Part shown: in pieces, positions 26,405 to 34,736 of the stretch
How positions within the stretch are numbered: position 1 is the first letter of the stretch
Layout: the number at the start of each line of letters is the position of its first letter
Assembly: GCA_035339455.1 (NCBI GenBank)
Contig: DAOQII010000001.1
Coordinates: 12,425 to 47,160, forward strand
From: Chitinophagales bacterium
GTDB lineage: Bacteria; Bacteroidota; Bacteroidia; Chitinophagales; JADIYW01
Direction: 5' to 3'
DNA length: 34,736 nt
Notes under the pieces: model-generated
The model's input: only the letters and a program-made list of their open reading frames with translations
Databases searched by the model: none
What the model was told of the DNA's origin: nothing
Translations under genes and position numbers: made by a program

Positions 26405-29400
26405 TTATTTGGGCTTGGTTTTCGATTTTGTTGTTTTCTTTGGTGTCGGTACTGTTGTTGTAGAATCTTGAGCCGGAGCCGGGGTTTCCGGTACTGCTTC
26501 CGGGTTTACTTCTGTAGCTGGAGTTTCTGATTCAGGTTGCTCTTCTTTCTTAGGAGTCGGTGCAGGCTGTGAAAGCGGGAATGCTTTTTTAGGCTTCTGT
26601 TTGAATTCGTCTTTTTGTTCTTTAGGAGGTGTCGGCTGTTCAGGTGTTAGTGTGTTATTCTTAATGACTTCAGAGCTGTCTGAAGGCGTAACAGGTGTAG
26701 GCTGTTCAATATTATTAGGTTGTTCCTGTTGAACGGGAGCAGATGGTGTCTTCAGTGGTGCAGATACTGGTATTTTTGACTTGAATCTTTCTTTAAAATC
26801 TTCCATGCGAATCACAAAATTATCGCGCATCATTAAATCTGCTGGCATAAACTCAAAGATGGTCAATTTATTTTCTCTGAAAACTTTATCGGAAGATTTT
26901 AATGCGGCCAAGGTATTCATAACCTCAGGAGCTGAAGAAGCAATACCCATTTGCCCTTTTTTCACTTTCATAAAGAGCCAATTTCCGCTTTTACTTTCCA
27001 GATAAATATTGACAAAGTCGCTCTCATAAGCATAACCTATTTCCACATATGCATTATAGGTTCGCTTAATAATATCATTTCCAAAAATAGCAAGGCTCAC
27101 GTTGCCCACACTCTTGAATGAAGCATCTTGCGCATCCCAGAAAAACTGTGTGCCAGAAAGCAACAAATTATAATCAAAACTTTTAGGAATAAAGAAGGAA
27201 TCTGTGGTGTACATACCCGCCAACAGTTGATTGGCTTCCAATGAATCTTTAGTTAAAACAGACATGGTGCGTTGCACCGTTTTATTTCTTTTATAAGAAT
27301 TGGCAAATGTAACATCTGTTTCGGCATTCAAATAAGCATTTATCAATTGATTGGAAATAACGGGATTCATTTTAAATTTCAAAGCCATATCTGCTGCCAG
27401 TGTTAGTTCAGTTGGTTTAGATGGACTAAATGTAAAACTGCCCGCAGTTGTAACTGCACAAGGATACAAGTCTAATCCCAAACCAATTTCGCCATTGGCA
27501 TCCATTTGTTTAGAGGTTTCATTATACTTTATACAAGATGCATGTGAATAGTATTTTGTCAAAGCACTTTCATCACCAAACAGCATAGTATTGGGTTCTG
27601 TTTTGCTGTTCGACATAGTGCTTCTGACATTCATAATTGCAGCGTCACCCGGTGAATGTTTATCTTGCAAAATAGCCTGATAAAACTCAATATTCGTTTT
27701 ATCCAATAATAATCCTACAAAAATATTATTATTGTCTTTCAATACTGATTCTAAGTTGATAGCTGGCTTGTTCGGATCCAGTTCTTGTTTATTCGGAATC
27801 CAGTCGGAGCTGGTGCCTGCAATTTCAATTTTGATATCGCCGTCCAAGAATATATTTTTATGTTTAGAGTCAAAGTTAAAGTTGCCCTTATAAAACACTT
27901 TATTATCCAGCTTAAAGTTTGCCGCTTCTTCAATTATTGTATTCGCATACGTAAATACTTTACTGTAGTCTCGGTCTGAAAGTGTCTTTTTCCCTTTTTT
28001 CCCTTCCGGAATTACTTGTCCTTTATACGGATTATTTACGCCAATTTCTGCCATAGACACCTTCGTAGATGATGCTCCGTTTTTGTAGTAGTAATTACCA
28101 GTTCCGGAAAAATCATTTCTTCCCACTACATTAATTTCTGCATCTTTTACCGTATGATAACTACTGTCACGGTTAAAAATTACAATTGCATTTTTCAATT
28201 TACGAACCGTACCGTCTTGTTCAATAAATATTTCTCCTTTATCCGGAATCACTTTTGAATCCGCCAGCAATAATTCATTGATACCTGCAAAATGTATGGA
28301 GTTGTCATTAAGATTCAACTCGGCAGTATTCGTAACAAATTTTAATGAATCTTTAGTTGGATCGGTAGAAAGCAGGAAGAATTTAGCACTTGTAGATGCT
28401 GCATTTAATGTCAGCATATTTTTTGCCAAATCGAAATGCAGATTTTTAGGATTGGAAACATATTTAAACGATGCTAAAGGAATCGTATCATTTTTAATTA
28501 ACTCCACGTCTGCGATTTTCTTATCCAAGTCATAAAGTGCATTAACTGCATCCGATGCCAATAATGAATTTCCTTCTTCGGTAACCAAATTCAGTTTAGC
28601 ATTCTTAGCTGAAAATTGTGTAGCACCGAAGGCAATTTCATCTGATTCCAGTTTGGTTTTACCGATAGACAACAATCCCTTACCCAATAAATCTTTTTTG
28701 TACAAAATCATTTTACCATTCAGATCTACTACATTATCATAGAAGGTAAACTTTTCATCTTTAGCAGGTGATACAACCAATGAGTCAATTTTTTGATTCC
28801 AAACAAAAGATGATGCATTTATTTTGCCTTCGGGTTTATTGGCTTTTTTATCTTGAGTAATGCGAATGCTGTCTAATTTCGCATATACACTGTCCATAAA
28901 AAAGAAGGAGGTATCGGAATACATTTTTATCGAGCCAAATTCAAATAACCCTTTCCCACTCAAGCCATCTGCGTTGAGTTTTAAATCTGAAAAATATTTT
29001 CCTTTATTGCCAAATAAGTCATATCCGCCTTTAGGCGTTTCTATTTGCAAACCAAATGATTTATCATCTTGTAATGTTAAGCCGGATTCGATAGGATTGA
29101 AAATTCCTCCTGAAATCAATCGCCCTTTAAAATCTAAGTTTTCGGTTAAGACATCATTCAAACTGTCAATCTCGAACGGATAAATCTGATAATAGAATTT
29201 ATCCTTATTGTATTTATCGCCATTCGCCCCCCGGTCATAAGTAACTTTAGACGTATCCCCACTGGAGAAGAATGGGTATTTCAGGTTATTGTTTGTACCT
29301 GATTTATTCTCAGGTTCTGCAATATGCAATGTGCCTGAAATATTTTGTATAGGCGAGCGTGAAGGGGAAAGAACGTATTGCCCTTTTTCGTTTGGCTTAT

Positions 29401-31273
29401 CATTTGGCACATATACCACCATTGAGTCTATTTTATTCATATTGAACGCATAGTTTTCATAATCGAAATCTACTTTCTTTGCCAAGAAATCAAATTTTCC
29501 GGCTATAATACGTCCTCCCATTGTCATGGTCCTGTTTTTGCCAATTTTAACTGTATCAGTCGAAGGGATAAACTTGACACCCGATTTAGAACTCATATTG
29601 ATTTCATCTACACCATAGACCTCCAGAATATTACTTTTTATGTCCAGTTTAGCATTTCCATATTTTTTAAAAGAAGCAAATTTGATAAAATCATAATCCT
29701 GTTTGCCTTTTGCAGATAGAGCCTGATTGATTAATTTATCTTTTACTTCAATCGTTCTGGTTGATGCATCATATTTGATATAGCCATCTTCCATTAATTT
29801 GACGAAAGTAGGCTGTACTGCATTATAAGGTGCATTGGGGCTAATATCAAATGCTACCGACTGGGCGTCTAATTTTCGTTCATTTGCAACTGCATAGAAA
29901 GCATAAATTCTTGAAATGGGACCTTGTTCGTCAGAGCCCTTGTATTTGTTCTCAATATTTTGCTGATAGTAATTATACGATTCGAATATCGCAGGTTTTT
30001 CACCACTAAGTGTTGCCATTCCAAATTTCATCGTCAAGCTGTCAATATTCCAGCTTAGTTCATCTGCATAGATGAACATTTGATGATAATCAGAGGTAAA
30101 TGGCTGTTTAGAAAGTGGTTTCATATCACGATAAGCCATTAAATTCTTTGTTTTTGAGCTATAATTGATGTTCAGGTAATTGTGAGTAATAGTATTATCT
30201 TTTAACAGAATGGCCAATGATGCATCTGTGAGTGATAAATCTTTAAAATCCTTAATGGCAATGCGTTTGCAAGTTGCTTTTACCACCTCTTTGTTTTCTT
30301 TATTTTTTAGGGTTACTACCGGCTGAGAGGTATCGCTGCCAACCACATAAATATTGGTTCCTTCCAGTTGAAATCCACCTACTAAACCAATTTCTTTACT
30401 TAACGTATTAAAGTTTACATCTTTCTTGTATGATGTAAATTTGGGATAAACTCGCTCCTGTGATTTTGCTTGTAATAATTTATCAAGGTAAGTACCCAAC
30501 AATACTTCATTCAGAACCGGTTTGAATGTAAATTTTGCAGAATCAATAACAATATCTGTTTTGGAAAAATTGATTTGGTGATTTCCGAAATTCAAGAAGT
30601 TGTTGGCTGGATCAAATCCGGCACGTTGCAAGGAGATATTTCCTTTATTTCCTATCCACAAATTTTCTAAAGGATAATATTTCCCGCTTTCTCCTTTAAT
30701 ATTTATGGTGTCGGCTGTAGAAATACCCATCAAATCAGTTGATAAAAATGAATATACCGGCTTATCATCTTTTATGTCAACAGAATAATCGCCGGAAGCA
30801 TACCAATTATTGGTATTGGATGCGTACAGTGTATTTTTTATGTACAGATTATTCAAGAAGTTAACATAGGTATCAAATTCTTTCAGGTTACCCCCTTTTG
30901 AGCGGTCGGCTATTGCTTGCAGAATATCGAAATTTTTGTCTATTGCCGCTGTACTTGCTTTTGCTGTTTCCAGGTTGCCTAACATCGTTGCAAAATTGAA
31001 CATGACCGGATAAGCCGGAGCTTTTCTCATTAATAAAGCCTGAGTGATATTTTTGATTTTTGGAAAATATGTGGATGCCTTGCCTGCGGTGATTACTTTT
31101 GGAAATTTTTCTGCCAACTCTTTACAGTCATCTCTTGAGCAATTTGCTTTTATAAAATCGGAGAATGATTTTGCATAGCCGGCATTATCAGCCGGAAATT
31201 CTTTCGGGTATTGTGCAAATGCCGAAAAACGAATCAACAAAATAAGAACGGTCAGTATGAATGAGTTTCTCAA
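26405..31273 (-). CDS. very large secreted/envelope protein of unknown family with a Pro/Lys-rich disordered C-terminal tail
   Basis: Uninterrupted 1622-codon ORF. TTG start gives the signal peptide MRNSFILTVLILLIRFSAFAQ. The body is beta-rich. The last ~130 aa are low complexity (PTPVTPSDSS...PEQPTPPKEQK...PTPKKTTKSKTKPK). No T9SS CTD. Starts 12 nt after the prmA stop. Confidence 0.8.
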   Translation of the reverse strand: MRNSFILTVLILLIRFSAFAQYPKEFPADNAGYAKSFSDFIKANCSRDDCKELAEKFPKVITAGKASTYFPKIKNITQALLMRKAPAYPVMFNFATMLGNLETAKASTAAIDKNFDILQAIADRSKGGNLKEFDTYVNFLNNLYIKNTLYASNTNNWYASGDYSVDIKDDKPVYSFLSTDLMGISTADTINIKGESGKYYPLENLWIGNKGNISLQRAGFDPANNFLNFGNHQINFSKTDIVIDSAKFTFKPVLNEVLLGTYLDKLLQAKSQERVYPKFTSYKKDVNFNTLSKEIGLVGGFQLEGTNIYVVGSDTSQPVVTLKNKENKEVVKATCKRIAIKDFKDLSLTDASLAILLKDNTITHNYLNINYSSKTKNLMAYRDMKPLSKQPFTSDYHQMFIYADELSWNIDSLTMKFGMATLSGEKPAIFESYNYYQQNIENKYKGSDEQGPISRIYAFYAVANERKLDAQSVAFDISPNAPYNAVQPTFVKLMEDGYIKYDASTRTIEVKDKLINQALSAKGKQDYDFIKFASFKKYGNAKLDIKSNILEVYGVDEINMSSKSGVKFIPSTDTVKIGKNRTMTMGGRIIAGKFDFLAKKVDFDYENYAFNMNKIDSMVVYVPNDKPNEKGQYVLSPSRSPIQNISGTLHIAEPENKSGTNNNLKYPFFSSGDTSKVTYDRGANGDKYNKDKFYYQIYPFEIDSLNDVLTENLDFKGRLISGGIFNPIESGLTLQDDKSFGLQIETPKGGYDLFGNKGKYFSDLKLNADGLSGKGLFEFGSIKMYSDTSFFFMDSVYAKLDSIRITQDKKANKPEGKINASSFVWNQKIDSLVVSPAKDEKFTFYDNVVDLNGKMILYKKDLLGKGLLSIGKTKLESDEIAFGATQFSAKNAKLNLVTEEGNSLLASDAVNALYDLDKKIADVELIKNDTIPLASFKYVSNPKNLHFDLAKNMLTLNAASTSAKFFLLSTDPTKDSLKFVTNTAELNLNDNSIHFAGINELLLADSKVIPDKGEIFIEQDGTVRKLKNAIVIFNRDSSYHTVKDAEINVVGRNDFSGTGNYYYKNGASSTKVSMAEIGVNNPYKGQVIPEGKKGKKTLSDRDYSKVFTYANTIIEEAANFKLDNKVFYKGNFNFDSKHKNIFLDGDIKIEIAGTSSDWIPNKQELDPNKPAINLESVLKDNNNIFVGLLLDKTNIEFYQAILQDKHSPGDAAIMNVRSTMSNSKTEPNTMLFGDESALTKYYSHASCIKYNETSKQMDANGEIGLGLDLYPCAVTTAGSFTFSPSKPTELTLAADMALKFKMNPVISNQLINAYLNAETDVTFANSYKRNKTVQRTMSVLTKDSLEANQLLAGMYTTDSFFIPKSFDYNLLLSGTQFFWDAQDASFKSVGNVSLAIFGNDIIKRTYNAYVEIGYAYESDFVNIYLESKSGNWLFMKVKKGQMGIASSAPEVMNTLAALKSSDKVFRENKLTIFEFMPADLMMRDNFVIRMEDFKERFKSKIPVSAPLKTPSAPVQQEQPNNIEQPTPVTPSDSSEVIKNNTLTPEQPTPPKEQKDEFKQKPKKAFPLSQPAPTPKKEEQPESETPATEVNPEAVPETPAPAQDSTTTVPTPKKTTKSKTKPK

Positions 31274-31285
31274 AGTAATGTAATT

Positions 31286-32110
31286 TTATTGTTTACCAAA
31301 TATAATACAATCCCATTGATTGAGCGTAGTTAAATAGTGTGTGTACAAATTGCATTCCAAAGCTGCATCTAAAACAAATTTAGCATCTGTATCATAAAAA
31401 CCCGAACAAAACAAGTAGCCGCCACTCTTGAGCAATTCAGCACTATTTTGCATATTTTCTACTAAATAATTTCTATGAATATTAGCCAAAATGATGTCAA
31501 ACTTTTGTTCGTCTACTTTTTCAATTCCACCTAAAATATTCTTCGTTTTTTGTGTGTGATTGAGTTTGCAATTTTCTTCTGCATTCGTAAAACACCATTC
31601 GTCATTATCTACCGCAACCACAGAACAAGCTCCTAGTTTTTCAGCTAAAATGGCCAGAATACCCGTACCGCTGCCCAAATCCAGCACTGTTTTTTCCTTG
31701 AAATCAATTAAGCGCATGTTTTGCATCATTTGCATAGTAGTAGCATGATGCCCTGTCCCGAATGACATTTTAGGATCGATAATAATTTCATGCTCTACAT
31801 CTTGTATTGCCGGATGAAAAGTAGCACGAACTGCCACAAAATCATTGATGACCACCGGCTGAAAACCAGCTTCCCACTGCTCGTTCCAGTTTTTATTTTC
31901 TAACAACTCAATCGTGTATTTTACTGAATATGTTTCAGCTATATCCTTTAAGAAAGATTCCATTTCAGCCTGCTGACTTTCATTAAAATACACATCCACT
32001 TCCTGCTCTTTGGCTTCAAATCCTTCACAATCCAAGGTGTAAAAGACTCCTTCAAATTCTTCTGCATCTATATTTTGAGGTAATTCAATTTTTGCTATAT
32101 AATTTTTCAT
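31286..32110 (-). CDS. prmA: ribosomal protein L11 methyltransferase
   Basis: W-x-x-x-F-x-P region (NEQWEAGFQPVVI), FGTGHHATT and SAM motif VLDLGSGTGILAI. Confidence 0.9.
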   Translation of the reverse strand: MKNYIAKIELPQNIDAEEFEGVFYTLDCEGFEAKEQEVDVYFNESQQAEMESFLKDIAETYSVKYTIELLENKNWNEQWEAGFQPVVINDFVAVRATFHPAIQDVEHEIIIDPKMSFGTGHHATTMQMMQNMRLIDFKEKTVLDLGSGTGILAILAEKLGACSVVAVDNDEWCFTNAEENCKLNHTQKTKNILGGIEKVDEQKFDIILANIHRNYLVENMQNSAELLKSGGYLFCSGFYDTDAKFVLDAALECNLYTHYLTTLNQWDCIIFGKQ

Positions 32111-32222
32111 AATTGCCAGTATTATTATGTAAATGGGTTTTTGTATTACAGCATTAGTGTGGGCTTTTTAAACATCAGCATTATTTCAGCAGCAACCATT
32201 TGCTACTTATCTCACAGGAGCA

Positions 32223-32990
32223 TTATTTCATGGAACAAATTATCTCGGCAAACTCATCGGCTTTTAGTGATGCGCCGCCTACCAAACCTCCGTCAATATC
32301 TGCACAACCAAAAAGATCCATTGCATTTTTCCCATTCACACTTCCTCCGTACAAAATACTGATGGAGTCAGCTACTTCTTTGGAATAGCGCAATGCCAGC
32401 TCTTCACGGATAAAAGCATGCACTTCTTGTGCCTGTAATGGCGTGGCAGTTTGTCCGGTTCCAATGGCCCATATAGGCTCATAAGCTATCACCAGATTTT
32501 TAATTTCTTCTTCGTTTAATTGAAATATACAGTTGTCTAATTGTGCTTTAATAAACTTAAAATGTTCATTTGCCATTCTTATTCCCAAAGGCTCGCCACA
32601 GCAAAAAATGGGAATAATCTCATTTCGTTTAGCTTGTTTTATTTTTTCCAGCAACAGCAAATCACCTTCATTAAAATATTGTCTGCGTTCACTATGTCCT
32701 ATAAGCACATATTTTACACAAACAGATGCCAGCATAACAGCACTTACTTCACCGGTAAATGCACCTTTTTCGTGTTCGCTGCAATTTTGTGCGGCAACAT
32801 ACAGATAAGGATAATCGGCAGATTTGTCTAATGCAATATTCAAGAATGGAAATGGCGGTGCAAGCACCACTTGTTTTTTCTCATGCAAACCAAAAGTATT
32901 GTAATTTTCCGTAATGGTATCTACTAAGGCTTCAGCCGAAGCTTTTTCGGTGTTCATCTTCCAGTTTCCTGCAATTATTTTTTTTCTCAT
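32223..32990 (-). CDS. tpiA: triosephosphate isomerase
   Basis: IAGNWKMN, IGHSERR, AYEPIWAIGTG and GGASL motifs. Confidence 0.95.
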   Translation of the reverse strand: MRKKIIAGNWKMNTEKASAEALVDTITENYNTFGLHEKKQVVLAPPFPFLNIALDKSADYPYLYVAAQNCSEHEKGAFTGEVSAVMLASVCVKYVLIGHSERRQYFNEGDLLLLEKIKQAKRNEIIPIFCCGEPLGIRMANEHFKFIKAQLDNCIFQLNEEEIKNLVIAYEPIWAIGTGQTATPLQAQEVHAFIREELALRYSKEVADSISILYGGSVNGKNAMDLFGCADIDGGLVGGASLKADEFAEIICSMK

Positions 32991-32999
32991 GGCAAGTAA

Positions 33000-34184
33000 T
33001 TAAGTGAGTGCTTTAACAGTTCTTTGTTCGTATAAATAGATTATTACTGCTTTATCTTCATCACTTAGCAGCAGTCCCCTTCTTTCCATAACACGTTGTG
33101 CTACTTCAAGAGCTTTGTCTAATTGAAAAATCGCATTTTCGCCCCATGCAAAATCGGGTATGTATTTTGGTGGAAAATCGCCACTGAAAACATTAGCAAA
33201 AACTCCCGTAACTGTTCCGGTATTGAACTGGGTATTTATTGCAGCTTTGGAATGATCGCCCATTATCAAGCCACAAAACTGCAATCCGGTATTGATGAAA
33301 TCTTTAGCCGGATAATTATAGGCTTTTACTTTCCCGTAATTGTTCTTCAAGTTAGAATTATTTGTGTCTGCACCGAGATTGCACCATTCACCTAATACTG
33401 AGTTACCCAAAAAACCATCGTGGGCTTTATTGGTATAGCCAGATATAACCGAATTGGAAATCTCGCCTCCTATTTTGCAATAAGGACCAATAGTTGTGTC
33501 ACCGTAAATTTTTGCCTGCATTTTCAATGTAGCATGTTCGCAAAGCGCAAAAGGTGCGCGTATGGTACAGCCTTCCATCACTTCAGCATCATTACCCAGG
33601 TAAATGGGGCCATCTGTACTATTTAAAATGGCAAATTCACATTTTACACCATCTTCCACATAAATTTCGCTTCCCAACAACTGGTTAGTTGCTGATAATT
33701 TTTCCGGATTCGGTTTTAATCCTAACAATGCAACATCATTTCTGATTTCATTTCCATTGTGCTGAAAAATATGCCAAGGGTACTTAATTTGATAATTTGA
33801 TAATTTGATAATTTGACAATGAACTTCATTATAGTTTAATACTTCTCCTATATTAAGTTTTGCAACACTGTGAATTGCTATCACTTGTCCGTCTTCGCTT
33901 TGCAATTTTGTATGCTCATTCAGATTTTTGATATCATTAAGCAATGTTGCATCAGGCAAAAAGCGCGCATTGATGTAAATGGTATTTTCTTTTAGAAGAC
34001 AAGTATATTTGGGCTGTAAGTAAGGAACTGTTAATATTTCAACAGGAGCATGCAGATATTTTTCCCATTTTTCTTTTATGGTCAAAATGCCAATGCGCAT
34101 ATCGGCAATAGCTCGGGTAGCAGATAAGGGCAATAAGTGATCGCGTTGTTCATCATCAAACAAGATAAAATGTGTTTTCGGCAT
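33000..34184 (-). CDS. GlmU-like putative sugar nucleotidyltransferase with C-terminal left-handed beta-helix
   Basis: N-terminal FILFDDEQRDHLLPLSATRAIADMRIG and C-terminal hexapeptide-repeat region (IGPYCKIGGEISNSVISGYTNKAHDGFLGNSVLGEWCNLGADT). Start set to ATG 34184 because the ORF-track start at 34208 lies inside a terminator hairpin. Confidence 0.75.
   Translation of the reverse strand: MPKTHFILFDDEQRDHLLPLSATRAIADMRIGILTIKEKWEKYLHAPVEILTVPYLQPKYTCLLKENTIYINARFLPDATLLNDIKNLNEHTKLQSEDGQVIAIHSVAKLNIGEVLNYNEVHCQIIKLSNYQIKYPWHIFQHNGNEIRNDVALLGLKPNPEKLSATNQLLGSEIYVEDGVKCEFAILNSTDGPIYLGNDAEVMEGCTIRAPFALCEHATLKMQAKIYGDTTIGPYCKIGGEISNSVISGYTNKAHDGFLGNSVLGEWCNLGADTNNSNLKNNYGKVKAYNYPAKDFINTGLQFCGLIMGDHSKAAINTQFNTGTVTGVFANVFSGDFPPKYIPDFAWGENAIFQLDKALEVAQRVMERRGLLLSDEDKAVIIYLYEQRTVKALT
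33785..33824. repeat. octanucleotide tandem array inside the GlmU-like CDS
   Basis: TAATTTGA x4 at 33785-33816, then the variant CAATGAAC. It encodes CQIIKLSNYQIK on the minus strand. Confidence 0.85.
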
Positions 34185-34200
34185 ACTGTAAAAATAAAAA

Positions 34201-34223
34201 AGTCGCAACAGAAATGTGCGACT
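34201..34223 (-). terminator. intrinsic terminator after the L31 gene
   Basis: Minus strand AGTCGCA-CATTTCTGT-TGCGACT (7-bp stem), followed by TTTTTATTTTT and, 5 nt later, ATG 34184. Confidence 0.65.
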
Positions 34224-34250
34224 AAATTATTTTTTATAAGAAAAAACGGC

Positions 34251-34502
34251 TTATTTTTTCTTTGCGTATTTTTTGTTGAATTTATCGATACGACCTGCTG
34301 TGTCGATAAATTTCATTTTTCCTGTATAATAAGGATGCGACATGTTGGATATCTCCAATTTCACCAACGGATATTCGTTACCGTCTTCCCATTTAATGGT
34401 TTCTTTGCTTGGTGCACAAGATTTTGCCAAAAAGGTATGATCACAAGAAAAATCTTTGAATACCACTAATCTATATTCTTTTGGATGGATGTCCGCTTTC
34501 AT
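34251..34502 (-). CDS. rpmE: 50S ribosomal protein L31, type B (no CxxC zinc motif)
   Basis: [10 protein letters not shown]...[25 protein letters not shown]...[10 protein letters not shown], 83 aa. Confidence 0.9.
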   Translation of the reverse strand: MKADIHPKEYRLVVFKDFSCDHTFLAKSCAPSKETIKWEDGNEYPLVKLEISNMSHPYYTGKMKFIDTAGRIDKFNKKYAKKK

Positions 34503-34521
34503 TTTTTTTAATTTTGGAATG

Positions 34522-34529
34522 CAAAGATA
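34522..34529 (-). promoter_or_regulatory. -7 box TATCTTTG for rpmE
   Basis: Exact TAnnTTTG on the minus strand, 19 nt upstream of ATG 34502. Confidence 0.5.
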
Positions 34530-34598
34530 GTAATTTCTGACAAATATTGCACATCATCTGCTGTAAAATTAAGGAATTAACAAAAAGAACATAAAACA

Positions 34599-34629
34599 GA
34601 CATTTGTATTAAATTAATTGACAAATGTC
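34599..34629 (-). terminator. possible terminator of an upstream minus-strand gene outside the window
   Basis: GACATTTGT / ACAAATGTC 9-bp stem with a 13-nt AT loop, followed on the minus strand by TGTTTTATGTTCTTTTT. The long loop and AT-rich stem make it weak. Confidence 0.3.
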
Positions 34630-34736
34630 GTGTGTTTCTTATTAACCTTAGTTGGGTTAGGCGTTTCAATTAAAAATAGTAGATTTTTTATATAGAACCA
34701 CCTCCTTTTAATTCCTCCTCCTTGTTAAGTTGGAGG

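Noticed and set aside
32177-32230. 12-nt direct repeat AGCATTATTTCA (32177-32188 and 32219-32230), the second copy spanning the tpiA stop codon
   Set aside because: It is a single short AT-rich duplication with no flanking structure, plausibly chance or a small 3'-end duplication. No function can be inferred.
33368-33383. Sigma-54-like CTGCAC-N5-TTGCA
   Set aside because: The invariant GG is not present (it reads TG). The site lies inside a CDS on the antisense strand, with no gene downstream.
34599-34629. Inverted repeat upstream of the type-B L31 gene considered as a Zur box, since C-minus L31 paralogues are Zur-regulated in several phyla
   Set aside because: It lies ~70-100 nt upstream of the -7 box, has a 13-nt loop, and on the minus strand is followed by a T-rich run. 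This fits a weak terminator of the upstream gene better. Type-B L31 may also be the only L31 in this lineage.
1-34736. Mobile elements, prophage, defence islands, toxin-antitoxin pairs and tRNA/rRNA genes
   Set aside because: I saw no transposase, integrase, phage-like or nuclease/ATPase defence-type ORFs, no long terminal inverted repeats and no tRNA-like cloverleaf signatures. The window reads as core chromosome plus one AT-rich envelope cluster.

Overview
This is a low-GC, tightly packed chromosomal segment that looks like Bacteroidota. The evidence is a type-A T9SS C-terminal sorting domain, Cys-lipobox lipoproteins, exact TAnnTTTG -7 promoter boxes and almost no Shine-Dalgarno tracts. 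I support about 29 CDS, mostly housekeeping: tatC, a sigma-54-dependent response regulator, rsgA, cobA plus a precorrin-2 dehydrogenase/ferrochelatase, a dienelactone hydrolase, yidD, a tetR-MFP-RND-TolC efflux operon, a steroid-5-alpha-reductase-like membrane protein, a UbiD-family decarboxylase, pyrD, prmA, tpiA, a GlmU-like nucleotidyltransferase and type-B L31. The left ~7 kb is visibly more AT-rich. It carries an envelope-type cluster: a lipoprotein, a T9SS-sorted alpha/beta hydrolase and two tandem acyltransferase-3 paralogues. I found no rRNA, tRNA, CRISPR, transposase, integrase, toxin-antitoxin or recognisable defence genes, and no convincing multi-gene novel system. The signals most worth a second look are these. 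(1) A family of period-7 tandem word arrays fills the regulator/tatC spacer, and its words recur in frame inside the UbiD-family CDS; a period-8 array sits in the GlmU-like CDS. (2) One ORF fuses an AmgK-like sugar-kinase domain to a RapZ C-terminal domain. (3) An unrecognised 1622-aa secreted protein with a Pro/Lys-rich tail sits 12 nt downstream of prmA. (4) An orphan promoter plus terminator unit predicts a ~55-nt RNA or a leader. (5) Several -7 boxes abut start codons, which would give leaderless mRNAs. All family calls come from motif recognition by eye; no searches were run.
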